From NCBI GenBank assembly GCA_963733675.1, contig CAVTET010000003.1, forward strand, positions 512,001 through 576,000: DNA of 64,000 bases. The letters run 5' to 3'. Made by a program: the position numbers and the translations under genes. The notes beneath the pieces are model-generated. The model was not told where the DNA came from and made no database searches. It worked only from the letters and a program-made list of their open reading frames with translations. Positions 55,534 to 64,000 of the stretch are shown here, piece by piece (position 1 is the first letter of the stretch; every line of letters starts with the position of its first letter). The DNA is from an uncultured Methanosarcinaceae archaeon. GTDB lineage: Archaea; Halobacteriota; Methanosarcinia; Methanosarcinales; Methanosarcinaceae.

Positions 55534-56163
55534 ATGAAGGTAATGGATAAAGAAGAAAAAACTGATCCTACAGAAGATACCCAGATTGGGGCTGAAAGTT
55601 CCGGATCCTGTAATTCTGGTTCTTCGGCAGCAAAGACGAATGATCTAAAGGACAACATCGAACAGATTTCTGTTGATTTGGGGGCTGAAAAGGCCTCTGA
55701 GGTTGCTTGCCGGGAAGAAAATGAAATCCTCAAGGATCAGCTTTTTCGGCTTGCAGCAGATTTTGACAATTTCAGAAAACGGATCTCACGCCAGATGGAG
55801 GAAAATCGAAAATTTGCAATTGAGCAGTTGCTTCTTGATTTAGTTGAAATTACAGATAATTTCGATCGCGCTTTGAATTCTGCAAAGACTGCCGTGGATA
55901 TGAACTCGATTATCAGTGGAATAGAACAACTTTCAAAGCAGTTTATTACAATTCTTGAAAAATACGGGCTTCAGAGAATTGAATGCAAAAGAAGCAGTGA
56001 GTTTGACCCTCACAAGCATGAGGCGATTCAACATGTTGAGACCTCTGAAGTACCATGCAATACGGTAGTAGAAGTTCACAGACACGGATATGCTCTTGAT
56101 TCAAAAGTTATCAGACCTACAATGGTTTCAGTAGCAAAAGAGCCAGAAGAGTCCGAAAAATAA
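55534..56163 (+). CDS. grpE: Nucleotide exchange factor GrpE
   Basis: RLAADFDNFRKR, DNFDRAL, FDP.KHEA and GY.L..KVIRP.MVSV. Confidence 0.95.
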   Translation: MKVMDKEEKTDPTEDTQIGAESSGSCNSGSSAAKTNDLKDNIEQISVDLGAEKASEVACREENEILKDQLFRLAADFDNFRKRISRQMEENRKFAIEQLLLDLVEITDNFDRALNSAKTAVDMNSIISGIEQLSKQFITILEKYGLQRIECKRSSEFDPHKHEAIQHVETSEVPCNTVVEVHRHGYALDSKVIRPTMVSVAKEPEESEK

Positions 56164-56649
56164 AATGACCAGGAAAGAATTAGTCTTTCCATAAATATTT
56201 CTTCGGCCTAATATGATCTTGTTTAGATATACGTTTCATACAGAAGATAATTAATTACTTAATATTTATACTGGAATTTAGAGATAAATTTGGAAAGTCT
56301 TTATTTGTTATTGGTCGTCTGATTTATTAAAGTCGCAGAATCTGGAAAATAGTAATAAATTTTTTCAGAAATGGAAGCTAAAAAAAGTCTATTAACCTTG
56401 TTTAAAAATATCCAAATTAGAATGGCAAAATATTCATTGAATATGATTATATATTCAATTCAACTAAATAATTTTACTTAATTAAATAATCTGGTTTAAT
56501 TGAGTAATTTGGCTTAACGAATTCAGAAAATAATTTAAAATTAACTCTTACATTAAACAATTTGACTTAAACTTGACTAAACTTAATAGTTATCTAACTT
56601 AGTCGTTATCTAAATAATTTGATTAACGATCAATTTTGAGGAGACTAAC

Positions 56650-58503
56650 ATGGCAAAAATATTGGGCATTGACCTTGGTACTACTAATTCATGCATGGCA
56701 ATAATGGAAGGTGGAGAAGCTGTTGTGATTCCGAATGCTGAAGGTGGCAGAACAACTCCTTCAGTAGTAGGATTTTCTAAAAAAGGGGAGAAACTTGTAG
56801 GTCAGGTTGCAAAGAGACAGGCTGTTTCAAATCCTGAAAACACTGTATATTCCATTAAAAGGCATATGGGAGACGCCAATTACAAGGTAACCCTACATGG
56901 AAAACAATATAAGCCTCAGGAAATCTCAGCGATGATACTCCAGAAGCTTAAATCAGATGCAGAAGCTTATCTTGGAGAGAAGATCACGCAGGCTGTTATC
57001 ACGGTTCCCGCATATTTCAATGATTCACAAAGACAAGCGACAAAGGATGCAGGAGAAATCGCAGGGCTTGAAGTTATGCGAATAATCAACGAACCAACTT
57101 CTGCATCCCTTGCATATGGACTCGACAAGGGGGCTATTGAACAAACGATTTTTGTTTATGATCTTGGAGGCGGAACTTTTGATGTGTCCATTCTTGAACT
57201 CGGAGGGGGGGTCTTTGAGGTAAAGTCTACGAGCGGCGATACTCACCTAGGAGGAGATGACTTCGACCAGCGCATTGTTAATCACCTACTTGCCGAATTC
57301 AGGAAAACGGAAGGAATTGACCTTTCAAAGGATAAGTCTGTGCTCCAGCGCTTGACGGATGCTGCAGAAAAAGCCAAGATTGAACTCTCTGGAGTTGCAA
57401 GTACCAATATCAATCTTCCCTTCCTTACAGTCGGCCCGGATGGGGAACCAAAACACCTGGATGTCGATCTAACCAGAGCCCAGTTCCAGAAAATGACCGA
57501 AGACCTCCTTGAAAAAACTCTAGTTTCGATGCGCCAGGCTCTTAGCGACGCAAAGCTGACTCCCAATGATCTTGCCAAAGTGATTTTGGTTGGAGGTGCA
57601 ACAAGGATGCCTGCTGTAGTCGAGCTTGTGGAGAATTTTACAGGCAAAAAACCCTACAAGAACATTAACCCTGATGAGGCTGTTGCAATAGGAGCAGCGA
57701 TTCAGGCTGGTGTGCTCGGTGGCGAAGTCAAAGATATCCTGCTTCTTGACGTAACTCCCCTTTCTTTAGGAATTGAGACTCTTGGAGGGATATCTACTCC
57801 ATTGATCCAAAGAAATACAACAATTCCCACCAAGAAAAGCCAGATATTCTCAACTGCAGCTGATAATCAGCCCTCAGTAGAAATTCATATTCTTCAGGGA
57901 GAAAGAGGAATTGCTTCTGAGAACAAGACCCTCGGAAGCTTCATTCTTAGTGGCATTCCTCCTGCTCCAAGAGGCATCCCGCAGATTGAAGTCACTTTTG
58001 ATATCGATGCAAATGGAATCCTGCATGTGAGTGCAAAGGATCTGGGGACCGGCAAGGAGCAGTCTATTTCTATCCAAAAGCCTGGTGGGCTTACAGACTC
58101 TGAAATCGAGCGTATGATCAAAGATGCAGAATTGCATGCTGATGAAGATAGAAAGCGTAAGGAAGAAGTCGAGACTAGAAACAATGCTGAAGCCCTAGTC
58201 AATGCTTCGGAAAAGACTTTGAAAGATGCTAAAGACATAGCTACAGAAGACCAGAAGTCAAAGGCAAATGCTGCAATAGAAGATCTTAAAAAAGCTCTTG
58301 AAGACAAGGACATCGAAGCTATTAAGGCAAAAACTGAAACTCTTCAAGAAGCTGTGTACCCAATTTCCACGGCGCTTTACCAAAAAGCTCAGGAACAATC
58401 TCAACAAGCAGCAGGCGGAGAAAAAACTGCCGATGTAAAAAATCCTGATGATACTGTCGTTGATGCCGATTATGAGGTAGTTGACGACGAAAAGCATAAA
58501 TAA
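56650..58503 (+). CDS. dnaK: Chaperone DnaK (Hsp70)
   Basis: [30 protein letters not shown] and DVTPLSLG. Confidence 0.98.
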   Translation: MAKILGIDLGTTNSCMAIMEGGEAVVIPNAEGGRTTPSVVGFSKKGEKLVGQVAKRQAVSNPENTVYSIKRHMGDANYKVTLHGKQYKPQEISAMILQKLKSDAEAYLGEKITQAVITVPAYFNDSQRQATKDAGEIAGLEVMRIINEPTSASLAYGLDKGAIEQTIFVYDLGGGTFDVSILELGGGVFEVKSTSGDTHLGGDDFDQRIVNHLLAEFRKTEGIDLSKDKSVLQRLTDAAEKAKIELSGVASTNINLPFLTVGPDGEPKHLDVDLTRAQFQKMTEDLLEKTLVSMRQALSDAKLTPNDLAKVILVGGATRMPAVVELVENFTGKKPYKNINPDEAVAIGAAIQAGVLGGEVKDILLLDVTPLSLGIETLGGISTPLIQRNTTIPTKKSQIFSTAADNQPSVEIHILQGERGIASENKTLGSFILSGIPPAPRGIPQIEVTFDIDANGILHVSAKDLGTGKEQSISIQKPGGLTDSEIERMIKDAELHADEDRKRKEEVETRNNAEALVNASEKTLKDAKDIATEDQKSKANAAIEDLKKALEDKDIEAIKAKTETLQEAVYPISTALYQKAQEQSQQAAGGEKTADVKNPDDTVVDADYEVVDDEKHK

Positions 58504-58609
58504 ACAGAGAAGAATTTACCGTGATTGCAGGCCTGGAGATTCACAGGCCTGGCTGGAATTTGTTTGCAAATTTTGAATCCTTAATTTTTAAAAATTACAG
58601 GGAATCCTG

Positions 58610-59773
58610 ATGGCTACGACACGTGATTACTACGAAATTCTCGGATTGTCTAAAGACGCCTCAGTTGAGAATATAAAGAAGACTTATCGAAAACTTGCAC
58701 TGAAATATCATCCTGACAGGAACAAGGAACCTAGGGCTGAAGAAAAGTTTAAAGAAATTTCTGAGGCTTATGCAGTTCTTTCAGACCCTGAGAAACGAGC
58801 TCAATACGATCGTTTTGGGCACGCTGGGATAGATGGGCAATACAGTTCAGAAGATATATTCCGGGGTGCAGATTTTAGTGGATTTGGGGATATTTTTGAA
58901 ATGTTTTTCGGAGGCCGTAGTAGAGGTCCTATGGGTCCAAGGAAAGGATCTGATCTCCAATATGATTTTTATATTACCTTTGAAGAGGCTGCTTTTGGGA
59001 TCCACAAGGATATTGATATACAACGGACTGAAAGATGTTCAACTTGTCATGGGACTGGAGCAAGAGAGGGTACAAGCCCAAAACGATGTTCCACGTGCGG
59101 TGGGACAGGTCAGGTCCGCACTACTCGCTCCGGCTTGGGTATGCAGTTTGTAAGCACCAATACATGTAGTACCTGTCATGGCAGGGGACAGATTATTGAG
59201 TCTCCTTGCTCCATTTGCAAAGGGGCAGGTAGAGTTAGAAATAAGAGGAAGATAACAGTAAACGTGCCTGCAGGAGCAGATTCAGGAATGATCCTCAGGC
59301 TTAGTGGGGAAGGCGATGCAGGAGAACCAGGTGCACCAGCTGGTGATCTTTATGTTATCATCCATTTAATGGAACACAGGTATTTCAAGCGGGTCGATTA
59401 TGATGTAATTTCCGAACTTCCAATCTCCTTTTCCCAGGTTGCACTCGGAGGGGATGTGATGGTCGATACCCTTTATGGTAAGGTTAAAATGAATATCCCT
59501 CCAGGAACTCAAACTCATTCTGTTTTCAGGCTTAAAGACAAGGGAATCCAGCATATGCAAGGGCATGGAAGAGGTGATCAGCTCGTCAGAGTTATAATCA
59601 AAACTCCCAACAGACTTACTTCTGAACAGAAAGAACTTCTCCGTCAGTTTGAATACCTGAGCGAGGGTAAAAAATCCGATGGAAGTGAAAGAGACCCTAA
59701 TGAAGGATCAAAAGAGAAACAAAAGAAAACCAAGGGTCTTTTTGAGAAAGTAAAGGATGCATTTGAAGGTTAA
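58610..59773 (+). CDS. dnaJ: Chaperone DnaJ
   Basis: J domain with HPD, G/F-rich region and four CxxCxGxG motifs. Confidence 0.98.
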   Translation: MATTRDYYEILGLSKDASVENIKKTYRKLALKYHPDRNKEPRAEEKFKEISEAYAVLSDPEKRAQYDRFGHAGIDGQYSSEDIFRGADFSGFGDIFEMFFGGRSRGPMGPRKGSDLQYDFYITFEEAAFGIHKDIDIQRTERCSTCHGTGAREGTSPKRCSTCGGTGQVRTTRSGLGMQFVSTNTCSTCHGRGQIIESPCSICKGAGRVRNKRKITVNVPAGADSGMILRLSGEGDAGEPGAPAGDLYVIIHLMEHRYFKRVDYDVISELPISFSQVALGGDVMVDTLYGKVKMNIPPGTQTHSVFRLKDKGIQHMQGHGRGDQLVRVIIKTPNRLTSEQKELLRQFEYLSEGKKSDGSERDPNEGSKEKQKKTKGLFEKVKDAFEG

Positions 59774-60599
59774 AAGCAGCTTCAAATTGCACTTCAATCT
59801 TTTTGGAAGACATTATTTCTTATATGCAATTTCTATCGTGTTTTCACAGTTGTGTTGCTGGGATCAAAATTTTGCTGACTATAGAATGAAAAACTGATGG
59901 AATATTACTATCAAAAAGAGTCTTTTTAATTATTACTGATCCATTTTCTTAATATGACAGTAGTTGATATTCAATCTAACCTCTAATGAATAATTCAACA
60001 TCCTGTGTAAAAAATTTACACAAATATAAAATTTGTTTGCCTAGTTGGTCACTATTATTCTTTAAAAGTTAGGTAACTATTCCGATTGGGCTAAAGAATA
60101 TTAATAGCCATCTTTATTGGATTCAATGACAAATTTATGTGGGCTGATTTACTTAACTCTCGGCTATATTAGCTTAGCTATCAGGGTGATCTTATGATCG
60201 CAGGTGAAGATATGCCTGTAGCCCGCTGAAAAGTCTAATTTAAGGTACTAAATACATAGTTATTATAATTAGATTTTATTTAGGATACATTTTTTGCATA
60301 ATACTAAATAGTATTAATTTAATATAAATAGTAAATCAATTATAGAAGTCTGTTCTTGTAAATGGCTTTCTATTGTTCCTTGAGGCTGTGATGAAGGCTG
60401 CAAGGGAGAGTTACATCCCTACATCATAGAGGTCCTGGCGCATAAAAATAGTCTTTTTCTTTTACAGAAATGCTCTAGTTTATAGATTTTGCATTGGTTT
60501 CGAAGAAATTAAAAGCTGTTTTTATTGATTCTTTTGCCTAAGAATGTGAAGTCAGTGCATATTACCTTAGTACTTATTTTTTAGGACTAACCCATTATG

Positions 60600-60800
60600 A
60601 AGTTGATGGATAAGACTACTCAACTTTTCACGAAACCTGCCTTGAAAATGATGAAAATTGTCAACATCAATACTCAATTTATACGTTGTCAACCATAAAT
60701 TTTGGCATTTATGGAGACTGCAAACATATCGATGGTATTTCCGCAATCAAAATTAAATGTGGTCACGCAAAAGATAATAGAGATTACTTGAACTTTTTGG
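60600..60800 (+). mobile_element. IS1634-like transposase internal remnant
   Basis: TQLFTKPALKMMKIVNINTQF..NFGIYGDCKHIDGISAIKIKCGHAKDNRDYLN resembles the DTT.FSVYG..GHSKD.R.DL region. Confidence 0.6.
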
Positions 60801-60900
60801 ACTTGAAATAATAACAAATCAGTATGAACTCTTACTATTCTCAAGTGCTTTTTTCGGTGATGAATTTATTTTCATTCACTCCATTTCTTAAGGTATGCTA

Positions 60901-61083
60901 TTATCGGAAGAATTTATTTTCGATTACATTTGCGATATTAGGGATCGTCCAGTTTAATTTTAATAATCCCTTTCGAGTTTTTTGTTTTTCTCTTGTTTTA
61001 TATATGTCCTTCGATAGTTTCACGGTGATACCTCCCGAAACTATTACTGTGACAATCATTTGTAGGTATTGCATTAACAACAT
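60901..61083 (-). CDS. Small single-TM protein coupled to the GT2 gene
   Basis: ATG 1 nt after the GT2 stop; MLLMQYLQMIVTVIVSGGITV followed by a basic tail. Confidence 0.5.
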   Translation of the reverse strand: MLLMQYLQMIVTVIVSGGITVKLSKDIYKTREKQKTRKGLLKLNWTIPNIANVIENKFFR

Positions 61084-61084
61084 G

Positions 61085-62164
61085 TTACCATTCCTGATTC
61101 GGGTTAAAGAGGAAGAGATAGTATGCATAGACTAGCTGAGCAATAGTAAACCATGCATACAGCAATTGCGGGATAAATGTCAATCTTACAATATAGTCCC
61201 ATTTTTTAGGATTTTGTACGTATCGCAGTGTATAGATGCAGTCTACGTACATTACACACATTACAAGAATGAACATCATATTCAAATGATAGACACCTCT
61301 TATAATGTCTTCTAAGGTATAATCTAGCAAAATACCCTGGATCGACAACATAATCCAGAATAATACGGTGTTAAGGATATCTTTTCTGGTGCTTCTATTC
61401 CAGCCATGTTCCCATAAGGTGTCAATTCCACCACGAAGCCAGCGAACCCGCTGTTTCCACAAATCTGCTAGCTTTAATGGAACATCTGTCCAGGCATACA
61501 TCCCAAAACCTGCAGCAATATGGTAACCTAGTTCTTTCAAAGTCACCGTCAGCTCATAGTCTTCGGTGATGTTATGAACATCGTATACAGTACAATCCGG
61601 TTTCCCAGCAGTTCTACGTCTTGCCATAACTGCTTTTATCGCTTCGATCTTGTACACTGTGCACATACCGTGCGCGACTTTAATACTTGTGCCCTGTCCA
61701 ATTCGACTCCGATCGAATTCTGCATATTCTACATACTGCCAGTGATATATTAGCTTTTCAAAAAATCCGCGAGTCACCTGTTTGACTACACCGGCACGGG
61801 AGCACACAGCACCGAGTAGAGGATCTAGCTGAAATTCTATTAGTGCTTGTTCAACCAGATCTGAAGCTATGACTGTATCACCATCAACTGATAATACATA
61901 ATCATACGGTTCCAGATCGATGGTTTGATATGCAGTATTCAATGCCCCAGATTTCTTAAATTTATTACCCACAGTTTCTATCAAACTGATGTGGTTATTA
62001 GTAGCAGCTATATTTTTTACTATTTTCGGCGTGTCATCTGTGCTATTATCATTGATGACAACAACATCGACAGTGTGCGTTTGCGAGAGAAGTGATTCAA
62101 TTGTAGAACGGATTACTTTTTCCTCATTATGTGCTGGCACAAAAGCGATGACATTTGTTGTCAT
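61085..62164 (-). CDS. Processive glycosyltransferase family 2 (PgaC/IcaA/hyaluronan-synthase-like)
   Basis: PAHNEE, INDNSTD, KSGALN, VDGD (DxD), TED, QRVRW (QxxRW) and C-terminal TM helices. Confidence 0.92.
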   Translation of the reverse strand: MTTNVIAFVPAHNEEKVIRSTIESLLSQTHTVDVVVINDNSTDDTPKIVKNIAATNNHISLIETVGNKFKKSGALNTAYQTIDLEPYDYVLSVDGDTVIASDLVEQALIEFQLDPLLGAVCSRAGVVKQVTRGFFEKLIYHWQYVEYAEFDRSRIGQGTSIKVAHGMCTVYKIEAIKAVMARRRTAGKPDCTVYDVHNITEDYELTVTLKELGYHIAAGFGMYAWTDVPLKLADLWKQRVRWLRGGIDTLWEHGWNRSTRKDILNTVLFWIMLSIQGILLDYTLEDIIRGVYHLNMMFILVMCVMYVDCIYTLRYVQNPKKWDYIVRLTFIPQLLYAWFTIAQLVYAYYLFLFNPNQEW

Positions 62165-62545
62165 TTCATCATCCCCAAAGACTATCAAATATTTATATTT
62201 ATACTAACTTATTATCCCATTATCTATGCTATCATCATTGATGACAACAACATCAACCTTGTGCGTTTGCGGAAGAAGTGATTCAATTGTTGAACGGATT
62301 CTTTTAGCTTCATTATGTGTTAGCACAAATGCGATGACATTTATTGTCATTTCATCAGCTCCAAAGACTATCAAATATTTATATTTATGCTAACTTATTA
62401 TCCTGTTATCTATGCTATCCTCATTGATGACAACAACATCTACCTTGTACATTTGCGGAAGAAGTGATTCGATTATTGCAACGGATTCTTTTAGCCTCAC
62501 TATGCCCTGGTGCAAACGCGGTGATATTTATTATCATTTTATCAT
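62036..62545 (-). repeat. Tandem triplication (186-bp period) of the GT2 upstream region and first ~43 codons
   Basis: Units start at 62036, 62222 and 62408; ATGs at 62164, 62350 and 62537. Confidence 0.92.
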
Positions 62546-64000
62546 TCAAATAGACAATTATTTGTATATAGTCTATTTTATCATCATTTTTTCCTCTATA
62601 AAAAAATCAGTTTAATTTTCATCATATTGTTACTATTCAGAATGAACAAAACACGATCGATAATCCTCTTTATAAAGATTTGGTGAGCAAATCTCGCTGG
62701 TTTTTCCCGTTAACTGTAAGCTATTGACCATTTTTTTATTTCTCCATTGATTAGTAATCTAAAGTTTTATTGCATCAAATTGGATATATGTCAACTGATT
62801 TTTGTAGGCTGAATAGTTGTATCATATTTTTCTTGTCTAAAGTTCAATTTTTTCTTTAAATTATATTAATTTCTTATTACTATTGAGTAATAAGTAATAT
62901 ATAAACTACTAATGATATACAAGTAAATAAATCTAATTATTTATAACCAGTTATTATAAAATATTAATGGATTATCTGATAACTTGCTTGAATATTATTC
63001 CTCATTTTCTGAAAGGTTTGATATGATTTGATTGTTTAATCATTATATGGATCATGATAGCATAGATAAATTCTTGACTGGATTTTGATAATCTTTTATC
63101 TGCAATAATTATTTATATGCTATTTATAAGCATATGGCACAATTTAGGGATTTATCGAAATACTCTTTGTTCAAACGGCGACAAAGACCAAGACATCCAA
63201 ATTTACGTTCTACTATCAGAGATGAGACAATACTTGAAAATATTTAACTTTATCATTACGCTTTACTATTTCCAATACCGAATCACAAACTATAGTCCTC
63301 ATTTTAAATAATGCGACATTTTATATGTAAACTTATGCTTTTCACAATATTTATTCAGTTCTTAATTTAATATTTTAATTTTGTTTGAATTATTCTTTGA
63401 CATTAACATTTCACTTGTCGTTTTTTGATTTTTAGACATCTTGATTTATTTGAATCCCAATAAAAATTACTATCAAGTGGTGATGATTAGATGATTAGGG
63501 TTCAGGAATATTTTGAACTCAGCTATAATTCGATTGTGAATGCCTGGTTAGCTTTTCTAATCTAGGTCTACAAATTATTTTCCTAATCTAAATAGTTAAC
63601 AATTTGTCTAATTCGTGAATCTGAATAAAGTATTTTAAATTTTTCTTTGACAAATTGAATTACATCTTTTTTTGCCAACAACGGTAATCAACATCATATG
63701 CTTGTGTTGGCTCTGAAAGTGCTGTCCTTAACTCAGAAAGTTGTTTTGCTTTTAAAGATACTTTATTCCTAAACATTTTTGCATTTAAGGCTGAATAAAC
63801 CTTTTTTCCCAACATGCTTTATCCATCGATAAACTGTGAGCAATATGCTGAAAAATCTTCTACAACTTTCGTTTGCTTCAAGCCATTTTTACCAATAATA
63901 AGGATTAGATCTCATATGTTCTTTTTTGTCGCAGAAACAATGGTTTTCTTAGTAGTATCATCCGTAGAAAACATTTTCAAGCTTATAATTGTACTAATAT

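Noticed and set aside
55534-59773. Bacterial-type grpE-dnaK-dnaJ in an archaeon as a novelty
   Set aside because: Already well established for Methanosarcina.
62036-62545. 186-bp repeats as a CRISPR array
   Set aside because: Units are whole copies of the GT2 5' region, not repeat-spacer pairs.
63590-64000. Coding-like minus-strand fragments at the window end
   Set aside because: Multiple stops and no recognisable family; cannot be assigned.

Overview
AT-rich archaeal chromosome segment, most likely Methanosarcina or a close Methanosarcinaceae relative. The basis is gene content: archaeal aroA'/aroB' shikimate operon, thiolase/HMG-CoA synthase/DUF35 cluster, MfnD-like ATP-grasp, RPA pair, SRP54, bacterial-type grpE-dnaK-dnaJ and LonA, and a PKD-containing C1A protease. 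Intact housekeeping blocks (7.5-11.5, 32.6-45.6 and 51-59.8 kb) alternate with decayed accessory DNA containing many pseudogenes and IS1634/IS6/MITE remnants. The main unexplained signal is a family of ~115-160 bp non-coding repeats with an IS6-like end (GGCAGTGTACCGAAAG) and/or a palindromic, recombinase-site-like core (CATAGGTTTT-N5-7-AAA.CT(A/G)TG-YATAA). These bracket individual accessory modules between 21 and 31 kb: a STAND-TPR gene, a DUF2934-like repeat gene and marR-lon. Other signals are a 186-bp triplication of a GT2 5' end joined in frame through amber codons, a decayed tRNA-Cys twin with a changed anticodon, an 86-bp inverted repeat pair, a secreted pentapeptide-repeat protein and a cooC-like gene whose start codon is ATA. 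All calls are by eye, without database searches.
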